Part shown: positions 18,435 to 28,362 of the stretch, in pieces
Position numbering within the stretch: position 1 is the stretch's first letter
Layout: every line of letters starts with the position of its first letter
Virus record (IMG/VR): IMGVR_UViG_3300003320_000853
Strand: one strand, 5' to 3'
Length of the DNA: 64,000 bases
DNA from: a virus
Taxonomy: Duplodnaviria; Caudoviricetes
Position numbers and translations under genes: made by a program
The notes under the pieces: generated by a model
Databases searched by the model: none
The model's input: only the letters and a program-made list of their open reading frames with translations
What the model was told of the DNA's origin: nothing

Positions 18435-18902
18435 ATGGGAATCCCCAAGCTCACGAAGGCCGAGCTGACGCGCCGGAGCCGGATCATCCGGCCCATCTTC
18501 CGTACCGACGAGGGGATCTTCTACCAGAAGGTCGACAACCTGGACACGAGCCTCGTCTGGGATCCGAAGCCCGAGGCTCCAGCGGTCGGGCTGTACACGG
18601 TCACGGTCGTACGAACGCTGCACACGTTCAATTACTACGGGATGTTCAAGCCTTCGGCTGCCGAGGTGCTCTGCCAGATCCCCGAGGGTTGGCTCGACCA
18701 TGTCGTGGCGTACGAGCTTTGTGGTCCGAAAACCGCTGACGACCTCAATCGTGAGCGGGAGGCGGTGAACGCAGGCTTCCACGTTTCGGAGACCATCCTC
18801 TATGGCGTGAACAAGGAAGCCGTACGCAAGGAAGACCTCCAGCCGAAGACCCCGCTCGCGAAGGCACTCCTTGGGGATGACGATCCCTTCGAGAACTCCT
18901 GA
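18435..18902 (+). CDS. Hypothetical protein with C-terminal tag variant (PKTPLAKALLGDDDPFENS)
   Basis: HTFNYYGMFKPSAAEV core; shared tail motif. Confidence 0.75.
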   Translation: MGIPKLTKAELTRRSRIIRPIFRTDEGIFYQKVDNLDTSLVWDPKPEAPAVGLYTVTVVRTLHTFNYYGMFKPSAAEVLCQIPEGWLDHVVAYELCGPKTADDLNREREAVNAGFHVSETILYGVNKEAVRKEDLQPKTPLAKALLGDDDPFENS

Positions 18903-18930
18903 GCAAGGGTTCCCGGTGTAATACCCCCGG

Positions 18931-20580
18931 ATGAGACGCGCCCTCTTCGTAGGATCTCTTCTCACCATCATCGTTCTGGCCTTCTCGATCCCGAGGGTCA
19001 TCCGCTGGCGCATCCGTGCGGTCCTGGCTGAGCGGTACCCGGATGTCCACGTCGAGTGGGTCGACCTTTGGTGGGACTCCGTACTTCTCCGCGAGGTGAC
19101 CTTCGATCGCGGGTGGGCCAAGGGACGGCTCGATCTCGTGAGGGTGCCGTGGAACGAGAAGCTCACCACCATCACGGGAGGCGAGATCGCCGTCGACCTC
19201 GACAAGCGGCCCAAGCAGTTGACGGGAAGCACGAAGAGGATCGTGGCGGAGCATCTCTCGGGGATGGTGTCCCGCGAGTGCGTCACGGCGAGCTTCAACG
19301 ACCTCCGGTACGCCGACGGATCGATCGAAGCGCCGGAAGTCCTCGTCAGGCATCCGAAGCTCGGGACGGTCGTCGTGAAGGGCGTGTCCTACGCCTCCGA
19401 CATTATCACGGCCGAGGGAGTATTTCTGACGCTCCCGCCATTCGGCTCACATGATCTCGGCGATGTTGCGCTGCGGCGGGCAACGATTCTCACCACGGCT
19501 AGGGAGGTGAAGGCCGATGAGGCAACCCTTCCGAAACTCGGTGTGAACGCCAAAAACATCATCGTCGGACAGGATGGGAGCACCTACAAGATCCACGTCG
19601 AGGGGCTCCGGGTGAACGACCCCCGGTTGGCATCCGTGCCGATGACGTTCACCTACCTCGACCTCGAAGCCAACCTCGAAGCCAAGACCGTCGACCTTCT
19701 GAGGGGTGGGGAGAAGATCGCGACGCTCGCCGATCTGAACAACCACTTCCTCGTCGGCGACGCCTCGTGCGCAACGTGGCTCGACCTCCTTCCAACCGAA
19801 GTGCGGGTCCCAGCCCTCCAGGAGATGATGCCCGGCTTCACGGGGAAGCTGTCCTTCGAGCTGGACGTCAAGCCGAAGGTGTCTCTCTTCTTCCTGCATA
19901 CGTGCAAGACCACGTGCGACTTCCCCGCCTTCAAGGCGCTCCGTAAGGAGTTCTCCTACCCGATCGTCAAGAGCGATGGGACTCCGGGGATGTTGAAGAC
20001 GGGCCCCGCGGATCGCCTGACCTGGACTCCTCTCGCGGGCGTGAGCCGGCACATGGTCACGGCGCTCACGACACTCGAAGATCCTGGTTTCTTCAACCAT
20101 CGGGGGATCTCCCGCGAGGCCATCGAGAACTCGATCCGGGACGACCTCTCAGCCGGCAAGTTCCTCCGCGGGGGCTCGACGCTCACGATGCAGCTCGCGA
20201 AGAACCTCTGGCTCAGCCACGAGAAGACTTTGGGGCGGAAGGTACAGGAGGCCTTCTTGACGATGGCCTTGGAGGGCTGTCTCTCGAAGGAAGAGATCCT
20301 CGGGCTTTACGTCAACGTCGTCGAGTTCGGACGCGGTCTCTACGGCATTGGCCCGGCGGCGCGGCACTACTTCAAGGTTCCACCCTCGGACCTCACCCCC
20401 GAGGAAGCGTTCTATCTCGTGTCCATCCTGCCCCATCCGCGGACAGCGCCGCCTCCCAACGAGGCCACGATGACGAGGATCAAGGGCATGATGTCGCGGT
20501 TCGCGGCGGAGGGCCGCATCCCGGATCTCCTGGGGTCGGACGGGTCCGAGGATGTCGCGGGATGGGAGCCCGCTCCGTGA
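18931..20580 (+). CDS. Membrane-anchored peptidoglycan transglycosylase (GT51, MtgA-like)
   Basis: N-terminal TM; EDPGFFNHRG, GGSTLTMQLAKNL, RKVQE, EILGLYVNVVEFG, YGI..AARHYF; no transpeptidase domain. Confidence 0.9.
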   Translation: MRRALFVGSLLTIIVLAFSIPRVIRWRIRAVLAERYPDVHVEWVDLWWDSVLLREVTFDRGWAKGRLDLVRVPWNEKLTTITGGEIAVDLDKRPKQLTGSTKRIVAEHLSGMVSRECVTASFNDLRYADGSIEAPEVLVRHPKLGTVVVKGVSYASDIITAEGVFLTLPPFGSHDLGDVALRRATILTTAREVKADEATLPKLGVNAKNIIVGQDGSTYKIHVEGLRVNDPRLASVPMTFTYLDLEANLEAKTVDLLRGGEKIATLADLNNHFLVGDASCATWLDLLPTEVRVPALQEMMPGFTGKLSFELDVKPKVSLFFLHTCKTTCDFPAFKALRKEFSYPIVKSDGTPGMLKTGPADRLTWTPLAGVSRHMVTALTTLEDPGFFNHRGISREAIENSIRDDLSAGKFLRGGSTLTMQLAKNLWLSHEKTLGRKVQEAFLTMALEGCLSKEEILGLYVNVVEFGRGLYGIGPAARHYFKVPPSDLTPEEAFYLVSILPHPRTAPPPNEATMTRIKGMMSRFAAEGRIPDLLGSDGSEDVAGWEPAP

Positions 20581-20616
20581 GATTGATCGCGTTCTCCTCG
20601 TTGCTGTAGAGGACCC

Positions 20617-21435
20617 ATGAACGCGATCACACGTGTCTGCAAATGGGCCCTGGGCGAAGCCTGGGAGAAGATCAACGTCCGGGCGAAGTGGGAGGAGATC
20701 AAGGCGGAGGGTTTGAAGCATGGCACCCGCTTCGTGATCTTCGCCGTGGCGTGGGAGTGCATCGAGGACATCGTGCTCCCGCTCCTCGCCTGGTACTTCG
20801 GCATGCCAGCGCTCATTCCGTTCTTCCTGGTGATGCACTTCGAGCCGATCACCTGGCCAACGGCCTTGTGGGCGTTCCGCATGTACGATAGGTCGCAGGG
20901 GCGCATCCCGTGGGAACCGGATCGCACGGCGCAGTCGAGCAATCTTCGCTCCGCGGGCAAGACCCTGGTCTATCAGCTCGCCGCGACCGGCTGGTACGCG
21001 ACGATCCTCATGGGTCTCGGCTACTCCTCGAAGATCCTGCTCGTCTACGCTGCGCTCATGGCGGCGTTCGGGTTCATCCACGAACGGATCTGGCACGACT
21101 CGAACTATGGCATCGGTGACAACGGCGCCGGAGACGTCGACCACGTGTTCCTGAAGCGCGTCACGGCGAAGACCGTGACCTACAGCATCGTCTCGACGAC
21201 CATCCTCGCGTCCCTCTTCCGGGTGTCCTTCAATGGCGTCCCCTGGCTGACGCTCCTGGCCTGTCAGGCGGTCGGGATGGGGATCTACTTCGTCTTCGAG
21301 GCCGTCTGGTCGCGCTCCAAGTGGGGCGTCACCCCGGTCATGCGGGTGAGCCCGGTGCCGACCCTCGTGGGTGCGATCAAGGCTGCCGAGGTCACCATCA
21401 TCGAAGGCGACAACCGGGGTACCATCAACCTGTAG
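20617..21435 (+). CDS. Multi-pass membrane protein with two DUF2061-like repeats
   Basis: RSAGKTLVY...FIHERIW and RVTAKTVTY...FVFEAVW. Confidence 0.7.
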   Translation: MNAITRVCKWALGEAWEKINVRAKWEEIKAEGLKHGTRFVIFAVAWECIEDIVLPLLAWYFGMPALIPFFLVMHFEPITWPTALWAFRMYDRSQGRIPWEPDRTAQSSNLRSAGKTLVYQLAATGWYATILMGLGYSSKILLVYAALMAAFGFIHERIWHDSNYGIGDNGAGDVDHVFLKRVTAKTVTYSIVSTTILASLFRVSFNGVPWLTLLACQAVGMGIYFVFEAVWSRSKWGVTPVMRVSPVPTLVGAIKAAEVTIIEGDNRGTINL

Positions 21436-21439
21436 GAGA

Positions 21440-21838
21440 ATGGCCTTGAGCATCAACACGATGGAGGACTACCCTGAGTCACTGCCGCGCCCGTGGGAGT
21501 CGCTCGGGGCCTTCATCGAGCGTACGCTCATCCGGGGAAGCCGGTATCAGCCCCCGATTTTCGTGGGGAGTCAGCCCGCGAAGCGGATCGGCTGGCTCGA
21601 CTCGTGCAGGATGCCGTCTCGGGTCCATGCAACGCAGGACGATGGGGAGACCACGATCTGTCAGCACCATCCCAGGGCGTGCCACGAGGGAGGGCGGTGG
21701 AAGATCGTGGAGAGCGTTCCCTTGAAGCGAAACGGGCGGAGCGCCTTCTGTAAGACGTGCTTCACCCACACCACCAAATCGATCCCGTGGGTTGACCCAT
21801 TGATCTTCGGCGACCCACCACCTGTAGGAGAGCCATGA
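21440..21838 (+). CDS. Hypothetical Zn-binding protein
   Basis: ORF with AGGAG upstream; H...C...CKTC. Confidence 0.6.
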   Translation: MALSINTMEDYPESLPRPWESLGAFIERTLIRGSRYQPPIFVGSQPAKRIGWLDSCRMPSRVHATQDDGETTICQHHPRACHEGGRWKIVESVPLKRNGRSAFCKTCFTHTTKSIPWVDPLIFGDPPPVGEP

Positions 21839-22050
21839 GCGACGAGAAGAAGCTGAAAGCTGGGGACACGGTCAGGCTGAAGTGCGGCATCGGCCCGATC
21901 ATGATGTTGGAGACGGGAGAGTTCGGGTCGATGCACACGTGCATCTGGTTCGACAAGAACAACCAGCTCCAGTCCCACAACTTCCCCGCCGACTTCCTGA
22001 AGCCCGTCGAGCTCGACGGCCGCACCGGGGATCGTGAAATGGACTGTTGA
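21835..22050 (+). CDS. YodC/DUF2158-like small protein
   Basis: LKAGDTVRLKCGIGPIM...CIWFD. Confidence 0.75.
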   Translation: MSDEKKLKAGDTVRLKCGIGPIMMLETGEFGSMHTCIWFDKNNQLQSHNFPADFLKPVELDGRTGDREMDC

Positions 22051-22080
22051 TCGACGCCGGCTCCACGCTGTAGTGGGGCC

Positions 22081-22392
22081 ATGAACTCCAAGACGCCGCG
22101 GGCCGGAAGGTTCACCAAGGTTCTCCCCGCCGGTTTCTATTACGCCCACGTGCGCGAAGGTTACACAGTGGGCGTAGACGGTGCGAAGATCAAGCCCAAG
22201 ACCGGCAAGAGCCTGATCGGTCGACACTCAGGCAAGTCCAAAATTTTCGGCAGGAACGACGCTATCTACTGGGCGTGCCGCGAGGCCCAGCGGGACGGAC
22301 ACAACGTCTCGGTCTACGAGTCAGACGGCGAAGCTCCGCCGGTCGAAATCGCCGTTTCGATTGCGGAATTGGCGAAAGTCAACCCGGTCTAG
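22081..22392 (+). CDS. Hypothetical protein
   Basis: GCTGTAG 7 nt upstream. Confidence 0.7.
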   Translation: MNSKTPRAGRFTKVLPAGFYYAHVREGYTVGVDGAKIKPKTGKSLIGRHSGKSKIFGRNDAIYWACREAQRDGHNVSVYESDGEAPPVEIAVSIAELAKVNPV

Positions 22393-22421
22393 GGACCCCT
22401 TCCGGTGTAGATCATGCTCCT

Positions 22422-24944
22422 ATGCCCAATACCAATTCCGCATCCTACCAGATCGCCAACGGGCTCTTCCTCGTCCTCTCGACCCTGACGGGCGAGACGG
22501 CGAAGCCCGCGGCTCCCTCGGGGGCGAACCATTTCGTGGTCATCGACCGCTCGGGCAGCATGTACGGGGTCATGCCCCGCATGCGCGAGCAGTTCAAGTC
22601 GAAGATCCTCGGCCTCATGAAGGACGGGGACACCCTCACCCTCCTCGTGTTCTCCAGCCGGGATCAGTTCACGACCGTCCTGGAGGGCGTCTCCGTCGCG
22701 ACGCTCAAGGATCTCCGCGACGTCCACAATCGGATCGATCGCGAGCTTCGCGCGACGAACTTGACCGGCTTCAAGGATCCCCTCGACGAGGTCAGCCGGC
22801 TCGTCGGCCGCGTGAAGTCGAAGAACCCCGGCCCGTGCGATCTCTGGTTCCTCTCGGACGGCTACGACAACCAGTGGAGCCGCCCGCAGATCCTCAAGGC
22901 GATGGCGGACGCCTCGAAGGAAATGGCCGCTGTCACCGTGGTCGAGTTCGGGGACTACGCCGACCGCGCTCTCCTCGCCGAGATGGCCACCGTGGCGGGC
23001 GGCAAGCACATCTACGCCGAGGACTTCGACGCCTACGAGCCCGTTTTCGAGACGGCCATGGCGAGCACGGGCAGCGGCGCCCCCAAGGTCGAGGTGCCCG
23101 TCGAGGGCGACCCCATCGGCGGCTTCGCGTTCGCGCTCTCCGGGAGCGACCTCCTGAGCTCCTCGGTCGTCAACGGTCACGTCGCGGTGCCCGCCGACCT
23201 CAAGACGTTCGCGTACCTCTCCCCGTCCCCCGTGGGCATCGACGAGAGGTCGGGCCTTCCGGATCGCTTGAATCCGAAGGATCCCAGCACCATGCAGTTC
23301 CTCGCACACGCGTACGCGGCCCTGAGCCTCTTCTCCGTCCGCATGCGGAGCGATCTCGTCTTCCCGATCCTCAAGGCGCTCGGCGACGTGAAGTTCGTGA
23401 AGGACTTCTCCGTGTGCTTCGGGAAGCAGCGCTACTCGGTCTTCATGGACTCGACGCGGGCGGCGGCCTTCGGTACCGGCCGGTTCGCCCAGGGCTACGA
23501 CCCCAGCGCCGTCCCCCCGGACGACTGCTTCACCATCTGGACGCTGCTCTCGATCCTGACCGAGGAGAAGGGCGCGAAGCTCCTCATCGACCGCTTCGCG
23601 GACGGCTACAAGAAGGTCGGCCGCGCCACCGTGAACGCCTCCGAGAAGCTCACCAAAGAGGAGGCCGAGAAGGTCGCGGCCCTCCAGGTGCAGATCGACG
23701 AGATCACCACCAAGACCGCGGGCGCCAAGGGGACGAAGCTCCTCAAGTCGGCCGCCGAGGAGAAGGCCAAGCTCCAGGCCGAGATCGACGCCATCCTGGC
23801 GAGCAAGAAGGACCCCCCGAAGTTCGAGGCGGATCCCTGCCCCGAGGGCATCGACATCACGGGCCTCGTCTTCAACGAGGAGCAGCCGAACATTTCCATC
23901 CAGACCAAGCGCACGGGCAAGGTCAACATCGAGGAGGCGGTGGACGCGGCCATCGCGGACCCGGCGAACGCGGCCATCGTCCCGAGCCTCAAGAAGCTGC
24001 CCCGTGTGATCGACAGCTTCCAGTTCAGGAACTACGCGATCGTCAAGGACGGCCTGGTCAACGTGGACGAGCTGCCGGTCACGATGCCCCGTGCCATGTG
24101 GGACAAGCTTCTCGCGGCGGGTCTCTCGATGGACGCCATCACCGAGATCGGCAACCTCCACGCGAACGGCGACGTCACTGTGAGCTTCAAGCTCCGCCAG
24201 ATCCCGGTGATGAACCGGGCGATGGTCAAGGCGGCCAGCGGTCGGCAGCTCTTCGAGCTGGAGTACAACCTCTGCCGCGCCAAGGCGGCCCAGAAGGTCT
24301 ACAACAGCCTCAAGAAGGAGGCAGCGGGCGAGAGGGTCTCCGCGGGCTTCGAGGCGGCCTACGGCGCCGAGGCGGCCAAGTGGCTCAAGGAAGGCCCGCT
24401 CGGGCTCACCGACTACAGCGGCTACGGCCCCAAGCGTGTCCAGGCGGATCCCGTGGACTTCTATATGGGCAAGTTCTTGAACGTGCTCATCTACGAGGAG
24501 GGGGCACTGGCGGCCATCGCCGCTGGCAAGACGGCTCAGGGCAAGCTCGACTCGCTTCCGACCGTCAAAGAGGCCGAGGAGGCCCGCACCAAGGGCGGCA
24601 AGCTCAAGGGCGGCAAGGCGCTCATGGCCGACGTGCTGGCCGAGGTCGAGACCCAGAAGAAGGCGCTCGACAACGACACGGCGTTCACCGCGTGGCTCGT
24701 CGAGAAGCAGGAGGAGACCGTCAAGGAGACGCGCCGGCTCATCCTGGAGAAGGCCCGCTTGGCCTTCGTCCTCCTCGTCGGCCAGGTGTGGTTCACCGAG
24801 CCGGAGTTCGCCGTGCCCGTCGAGATCACCCTCAAGGGCAAGAAGGATGACAAGAAGCTCCTCGGCTCGACGCACACCTTCACCCACGCCGGCCAGAAGT
24901 TCGATTTCATCGCCGGCCAGGAAGAGCGCAAGGTTCTGATCTAG
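22422..24944 (+). CDS. Large vWA domain protein (840 aa)
   Basis: MIDAS IDRSGSM...T...LSDGYDN; strong codon bias; GGTGTAG 11 nt upstream. Confidence 0.85.
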   Translation: MPNTNSASYQIANGLFLVLSTLTGETAKPAAPSGANHFVVIDRSGSMYGVMPRMREQFKSKILGLMKDGDTLTLLVFSSRDQFTTVLEGVSVATLKDLRDVHNRIDRELRATNLTGFKDPLDEVSRLVGRVKSKNPGPCDLWFLSDGYDNQWSRPQILKAMADASKEMAAVTVVEFGDYADRALLAEMATVAGGKHIYAEDFDAYEPVFETAMASTGSGAPKVEVPVEGDPIGGFAFALSGSDLLSSSVVNGHVAVPADLKTFAYLSPSPVGIDERSGLPDRLNPKDPSTMQFLAHAYAALSLFSVRMRSDLVFPILKALGDVKFVKDFSVCFGKQRYSVFMDSTRAAAFGTGRFAQGYDPSAVPPDDCFTIWTLLSILTEEKGAKLLIDRFADGYKKVGRATVNASEKLTKEEAEKVAALQVQIDEITTKTAGAKGTKLLKSAAEEKAKLQAEIDAILASKKDPPKFEADPCPEGIDITGLVFNEEQPNISIQTKRTGKVNIEEAVDAAIADPANAAIVPSLKKLPRVIDSFQFRNYAIVKDGLVNVDELPVTMPRAMWDKLLAAGLSMDAITEIGNLHANGDVTVSFKLRQIPVMNRAMVKAASGRQLFELEYNLCRAKAAQKVYNSLKKEAAGERVSAGFEAAYGAEAAKWLKEGPLGLTDYSGYGPKRVQADPVDFYMGKFLNVLIYEEGALAAIAAGKTAQGKLDSLPTVKEAEEARTKGGKLKGGKALMADVLAEVETQKKALDNDTAFTAWLVEKQEETVKETRRLILEKARLAFVLLVGQVWFTEPEFAVPVEITLKGKKDDKKLLGSTHTFTHAGQKFDFIAGQEERKVLI

Positions 24945-25005
24945 ACAGAACGGTCACACACAAGCCTTGTAAAATCCGCTTTCCCCGGATCTACATGGTG
25001 TACGC

Positions 25006-25031
25006 TGGGGCAGCCCAAGGAGGCTGCCCCA
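25006..25031 (+). promoter_or_regulatory. Hairpin enclosing the ribosome-binding site
   Basis: TGGGGCAGCC-CAAGGA-GGCTGCCCCA 10-bp stem containing part of AAGGAGG and the A of the ATG. Confidence 0.55.
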
Positions 25032-25903
25032 TGCGTTTGATCAAGTTGTTCCCGTTGCTCGTCCTGCTCGCGACTCTTCTCGGTTGCTCGTCCAGCCCGC
25101 CCCCCGACTCGTTCACGATCACGGCGAGCCCCGCGACCGTGTCGTCCGGCGCCGAGATTCTCTACCTGTGCGAGTCTTTCGACGCTCCATCAACTCCCTC
25201 GATGGTGACGAAGATCCTGCCCAAGTACGGACAGGGTACTCACCACCTCGATGTCTTTCAGGCGTTGGCTCCCGAGCCGAAGGGCGTTTGGATGTGCCCC
25301 GAGGTTTGGAAGAGCACGTGGCTCCCGGTGTCCATCTTCGGTACGACGCCCGACGCGATCGACGTGCCGGCCGGCTATGCGATCCAGATCCCGGCTGGCG
25401 CCCAGCTCGTGATGCAGCGGCACTTGCTGAACGCGACCAGCATGCCCCTGGACACGACGGCGAGCGTCACCTTCAGCTTGACCCACGACGAGAGCGCCCA
25501 GAAGGCGGGCGGGTTCGGGTTCGAGTCGACGATGATCTCGATTCCCCCCGGCTCGGCGAACTTCCCGGTCACGACCTCGTGCGTGGTTCCGTCGGATAGG
25601 CACATCTGGGATGCCTTCTTCCACATGCACCAGCTCGGCAGCCACGCCGAGCTCTCGCTCAATGGCGAGCGGATCATCTCCCAGGTCGACACGTGGAGCT
25701 TCACCAATCAGCCGCACTTCGCGGTCGATTTCGACTTGAAGAAGGGCGATGTGGTCACCCTCACTTGCTACTACAACAACGACACCGCGGACACGGTCGT
25801 CTACGGGCCCTCGACCACGAACGAGATGTGTGCGTGGGAGGGTCTCGGCTTCCCGTGGGTCGAGTACGACGGCTGCATCGACGGCCAGCCGGTCACGCTC
25901 TGA
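25031..25903 (+). CDS. Lipoprotein, copper type II ascorbate-dependent monooxygenase (PHM/DBH-like)
   Basis: Lipobox LLGC; HH, QxHxxN, HMH and EMC copper-ligand motifs. Confidence 0.8.
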   Translation: MRLIKLFPLLVLLATLLGCSSSPPPDSFTITASPATVSSGAEILYLCESFDAPSTPSMVTKILPKYGQGTHHLDVFQALAPEPKGVWMCPEVWKSTWLPVSIFGTTPDAIDVPAGYAIQIPAGAQLVMQRHLLNATSMPLDTTASVTFSLTHDESAQKAGGFGFESTMISIPPGSANFPVTTSCVVPSDRHIWDAFFHMHQLGSHAELSLNGERIISQVDTWSFTNQPHFAVDFDLKKGDVVTLTCYYNNDTADTVVYGPSTTNEMCAWEGLGFPWVEYDGCIDGQPVTL

Positions 25904-25932
25904 CGGTCTGCGCCCCGGTGTAGCACCGGAGC

Positions 25933-26496
25933 ATGATCGACCTCCGTCAGTTCCTCATCCATAACATCGTCCAGGGGGTCTTCTATGACCCTGTTGCCCC
26001 TGGAGTGGCCAACCTCCTCTCCGACGTCGCAATCTTCGACGTGAGCGGGCTTGCCCCCGTCTTCGTTCTCGGCGCGTTGGGTGAGAGCATCACCCGGCAA
26101 ACAGGCCCTCGCGTCATCGCTCCCTATGTCGAATTCTCGGGAAGCTACGGGGAGGTCGAGCTTGCGATCCAGGAACGGATCCGCTCGCTTCTGGAAGCCC
26201 GAGGCCGAGAAGCTCACGCGGATGAGCCTACCGCGGTACAAGCGACTCGTTTGCAGGAGACGCTTCTGCATGGGCTACCTTCCAGCCAGCCGCTCAAGCA
26301 CATCATCGTCCCCAACGAGGAGATGAAGGCCAGGATCCTCCCCCATGTCACCGTGCCGGTCGGCGTTTTCGGAGGCATGAGCTTCGTCCTGGGGATCTCG
26401 GAGCCGAAATTCGTGGGTCACCTCGTGACTCACACGAAGCACGGGCTGGCGATGTTGGTACACGGCGGCGTGGTCGCCGCTCTGCTCGCCCCCTGA
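25933..26496 (+). CDS. Hypothetical protein
   Basis: GGTGTAG 9 nt upstream. Confidence 0.75.
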   Translation: MIDLRQFLIHNIVQGVFYDPVAPGVANLLSDVAIFDVSGLAPVFVLGALGESITRQTGPRVIAPYVEFSGSYGEVELAIQERIRSLLEARGREAHADEPTAVQATRLQETLLHGLPSSQPLKHIIVPNEEMKARILPHVTVPVGVFGGMSFVLGISEPKFVGHLVTHTKHGLAMLVHGGVVAALLAP

Positions 26497-26524
26497 AGTC
26501 TACGCTCCGGTGTAGCTCCGGGGC

Positions 26525-27811
26525 ATGGCTCATCGAAAAGCCTCGACACGACGTATTGAGGTTTACGGCATCTCCGGCAGCAAGGGGCATGGCAAGGACA
26601 CCTTCGCCAACCTCATCCTCCGGGTACATCCTGGGTTCAGAATTCTGCATTTTGCGGACTCTCTGAAGCGGATGTCCACTCGGATCTTCGGGCTGACGAA
26701 CGCGCAGATGAACGACCCAAATCTCAAAGAAGCGCCCCTCGGACGACCCCTCGACATGGACCCCTATGTCCCTGCTATGTGCAAGGAGACTGGGCTCCTG
26801 ATCCAGCCTGCGGGGAAGGTAGCCCATAGCCCGCGGGAGGTCATGCAATTCTTTGGAACGGAGTATGTGCGTCGAGCACAGGATGACTACTGGGTCCAGA
26901 GGTTGCTCGCCGAGGTAGGAACCTCGCACCGCATTCTTATCCCCGATGCGAGGTTCCTGAACGAGACGGAGGCTCTTCGATCAATCGGAGGGATCATCAT
27001 CAAGATCGAGAGGATCGACGCTCCACCCCCCAAAGACGGACACGCCTCGGAAACCGAGATGGCCAAGATCGTTCCCGACCTCCTCGTTGGAGCCAAGACG
27101 GGGGACCTGTCCCTTCCGATGAGGGTCGCGACCCTCATCGCGGTGAACCGTTTCGAGGCGGCTTCCAGCTACGACTACCGAAAGGCTCAAGCGGCGATCC
27201 AATCCTACACATCAGGGCGGGGAGCGGAGGCGAGCGCACTGTTGCTTGGACACAAGCATTCCTACGCGCTTTACAACATCCTGGACTACTATGGGATCCT
27301 CCGTCGGAGGCAGGCTGCGAACCGCATCCAACACGAGACGGTCGACGGTGTCGTGGGGAAGCGCTGCATCAAGTGCGTGTGGAGACCCCTTACCGAGTTC
27401 AACGCGAGCACCAAGGCGTGGGACGGAAAGCACAGTCTATGCCGGGATTGTGCGTCCAAGGACAACCAGGCGCGATACCAAAAGCATGGGAAGACGGACA
27501 CCCTGTTGAGAATCTTCATGGCCTCGAAGAAACAGGCTGCGTACCGTGGCATCTCCTTCAATCTGGACTATGCCGACGTCCAAATGCTATGGGATGACCA
27601 GAGGGGCCGCTGCAAGTACAGCGGGTTGGAGATGACTCCCGAACCCAAGTCTCCCAACAAGATCACGATCGATCGGATCGACTCCTCGAAGGGCTATGAG
27701 AAGGGGAACGTCGTCCTTTGTAGCTACCGCGTCAACCTGATGAAGCGCGAGATGTCCCTGAAGGAGTTCCGTGAGATGATTCAGGTACTCCATGCACATC
27801 TGATGGTGTAG
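26525..27811 (+). CDS. Deoxynucleotide monophosphate kinase fused to a C-terminal HNH-type endonuclease
   Basis: GSKGHGKDT, FADSLK, PREVMQ.FGTE, D.RF.NE, HASE; then CKYSG..IDRIDSSKGY..GNVVLC...NLMK. Confidence 0.85.
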   Translation: MAHRKASTRRIEVYGISGSKGHGKDTFANLILRVHPGFRILHFADSLKRMSTRIFGLTNAQMNDPNLKEAPLGRPLDMDPYVPAMCKETGLLIQPAGKVAHSPREVMQFFGTEYVRRAQDDYWVQRLLAEVGTSHRILIPDARFLNETEALRSIGGIIIKIERIDAPPPKDGHASETEMAKIVPDLLVGAKTGDLSLPMRVATLIAVNRFEAASSYDYRKAQAAIQSYTSGRGAEASALLLGHKHSYALYNILDYYGILRRRQAANRIQHETVDGVVGKRCIKCVWRPLTEFNASTKAWDGKHSLCRDCASKDNQARYQKHGKTDTLLRIFMASKKQAAYRGISFNLDYADVQMLWDDQRGRCKYSGLEMTPEPKSPNKITIDRIDSSKGYEKGNVVLCSYRVNLMKREMSLKEFREMIQVLHAHLMV

Positions 27812-27820
27812 GGTCACGCC

Positions 27821-28195
27821 ATGGGACATCTGGTTCTTGGCGTTTTCTATGGGTGTGTGGTTCCTGACGATCTCACGCTTCGCAAAAGGGTCGGGGAGCC
27901 GGGGGAGGACGAGCTCCTCGACAAATGGGACGCCACGAAGGTGAACCGCAAGCTCGGGCTGGACACGACCGGCCTTGGGGACAAGCACCTCATCGGCTTC
28001 TGGCTCGGCGTGGGTGGAGACGATCGTCGGGCACCGGACATCTCGGAGAAGTGCCTGGTCTTCACCGTCATCGAGAAGTCGAAGGAGGCGAAGCGGGCCA
28101 TCGAGTCCTGGAAGGCGTTCGCCACCTTCTCGAAGAACAACGGGGTCCACCTCCCCACGCCGACGTTCTGGATCGCGCCCCTGGAGATCGCCTGA
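27821..28195 (+). CDS. Hypothetical protein
   Basis: GGTGTAG (includes upstream stop) 9 nt before ATG. Confidence 0.75.
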   Translation: MGHLVLGVFYGCVVPDDLTLRKRVGEPGEDELLDKWDATKVNRKLGLDTTGLGDKHLIGFWLGVGGDDRRAPDISEKCLVFTVIEKSKEAKRAIESWKAFATFSKNNGVHLPTPTFWIAPLEIA

Positions 28196-28362
28196 TGCTC
28201 ACCGAAGAACAGAGAGCGAAGAGTCGAGCCGAGAGCGACCGGCTCTGGAAGCAGGCGGGTCGAGAAGTTCTGATCGAGACGCTGGCGAGGGAGATCCCGC
28301 TCCTCCTCTGGCGTATCGCCATCGCTGCCACGATCTTCAGGGTGTGGTGGCCGAGGCACTGA
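28195..28362 (+). CDS. Small membrane protein
   Basis: TGATG overlap; hydrophobic C-terminus. Confidence 0.55.
   Translation: MLTEEQRAKSRAESDRLWKQAGREVLIETLAREIPLLLWRIAIAATIFRVWWPRH

Noticed and set aside
22361-24887. 829-aa and 832-aa alternative-frame ORFs, and similar long ORFs such as 56209..58731 and 31033..32751
   Set aside because: Stop-poor shadow frames of real high-GC genes, with Arg/Pro/Gly-rich translations and no motifs.
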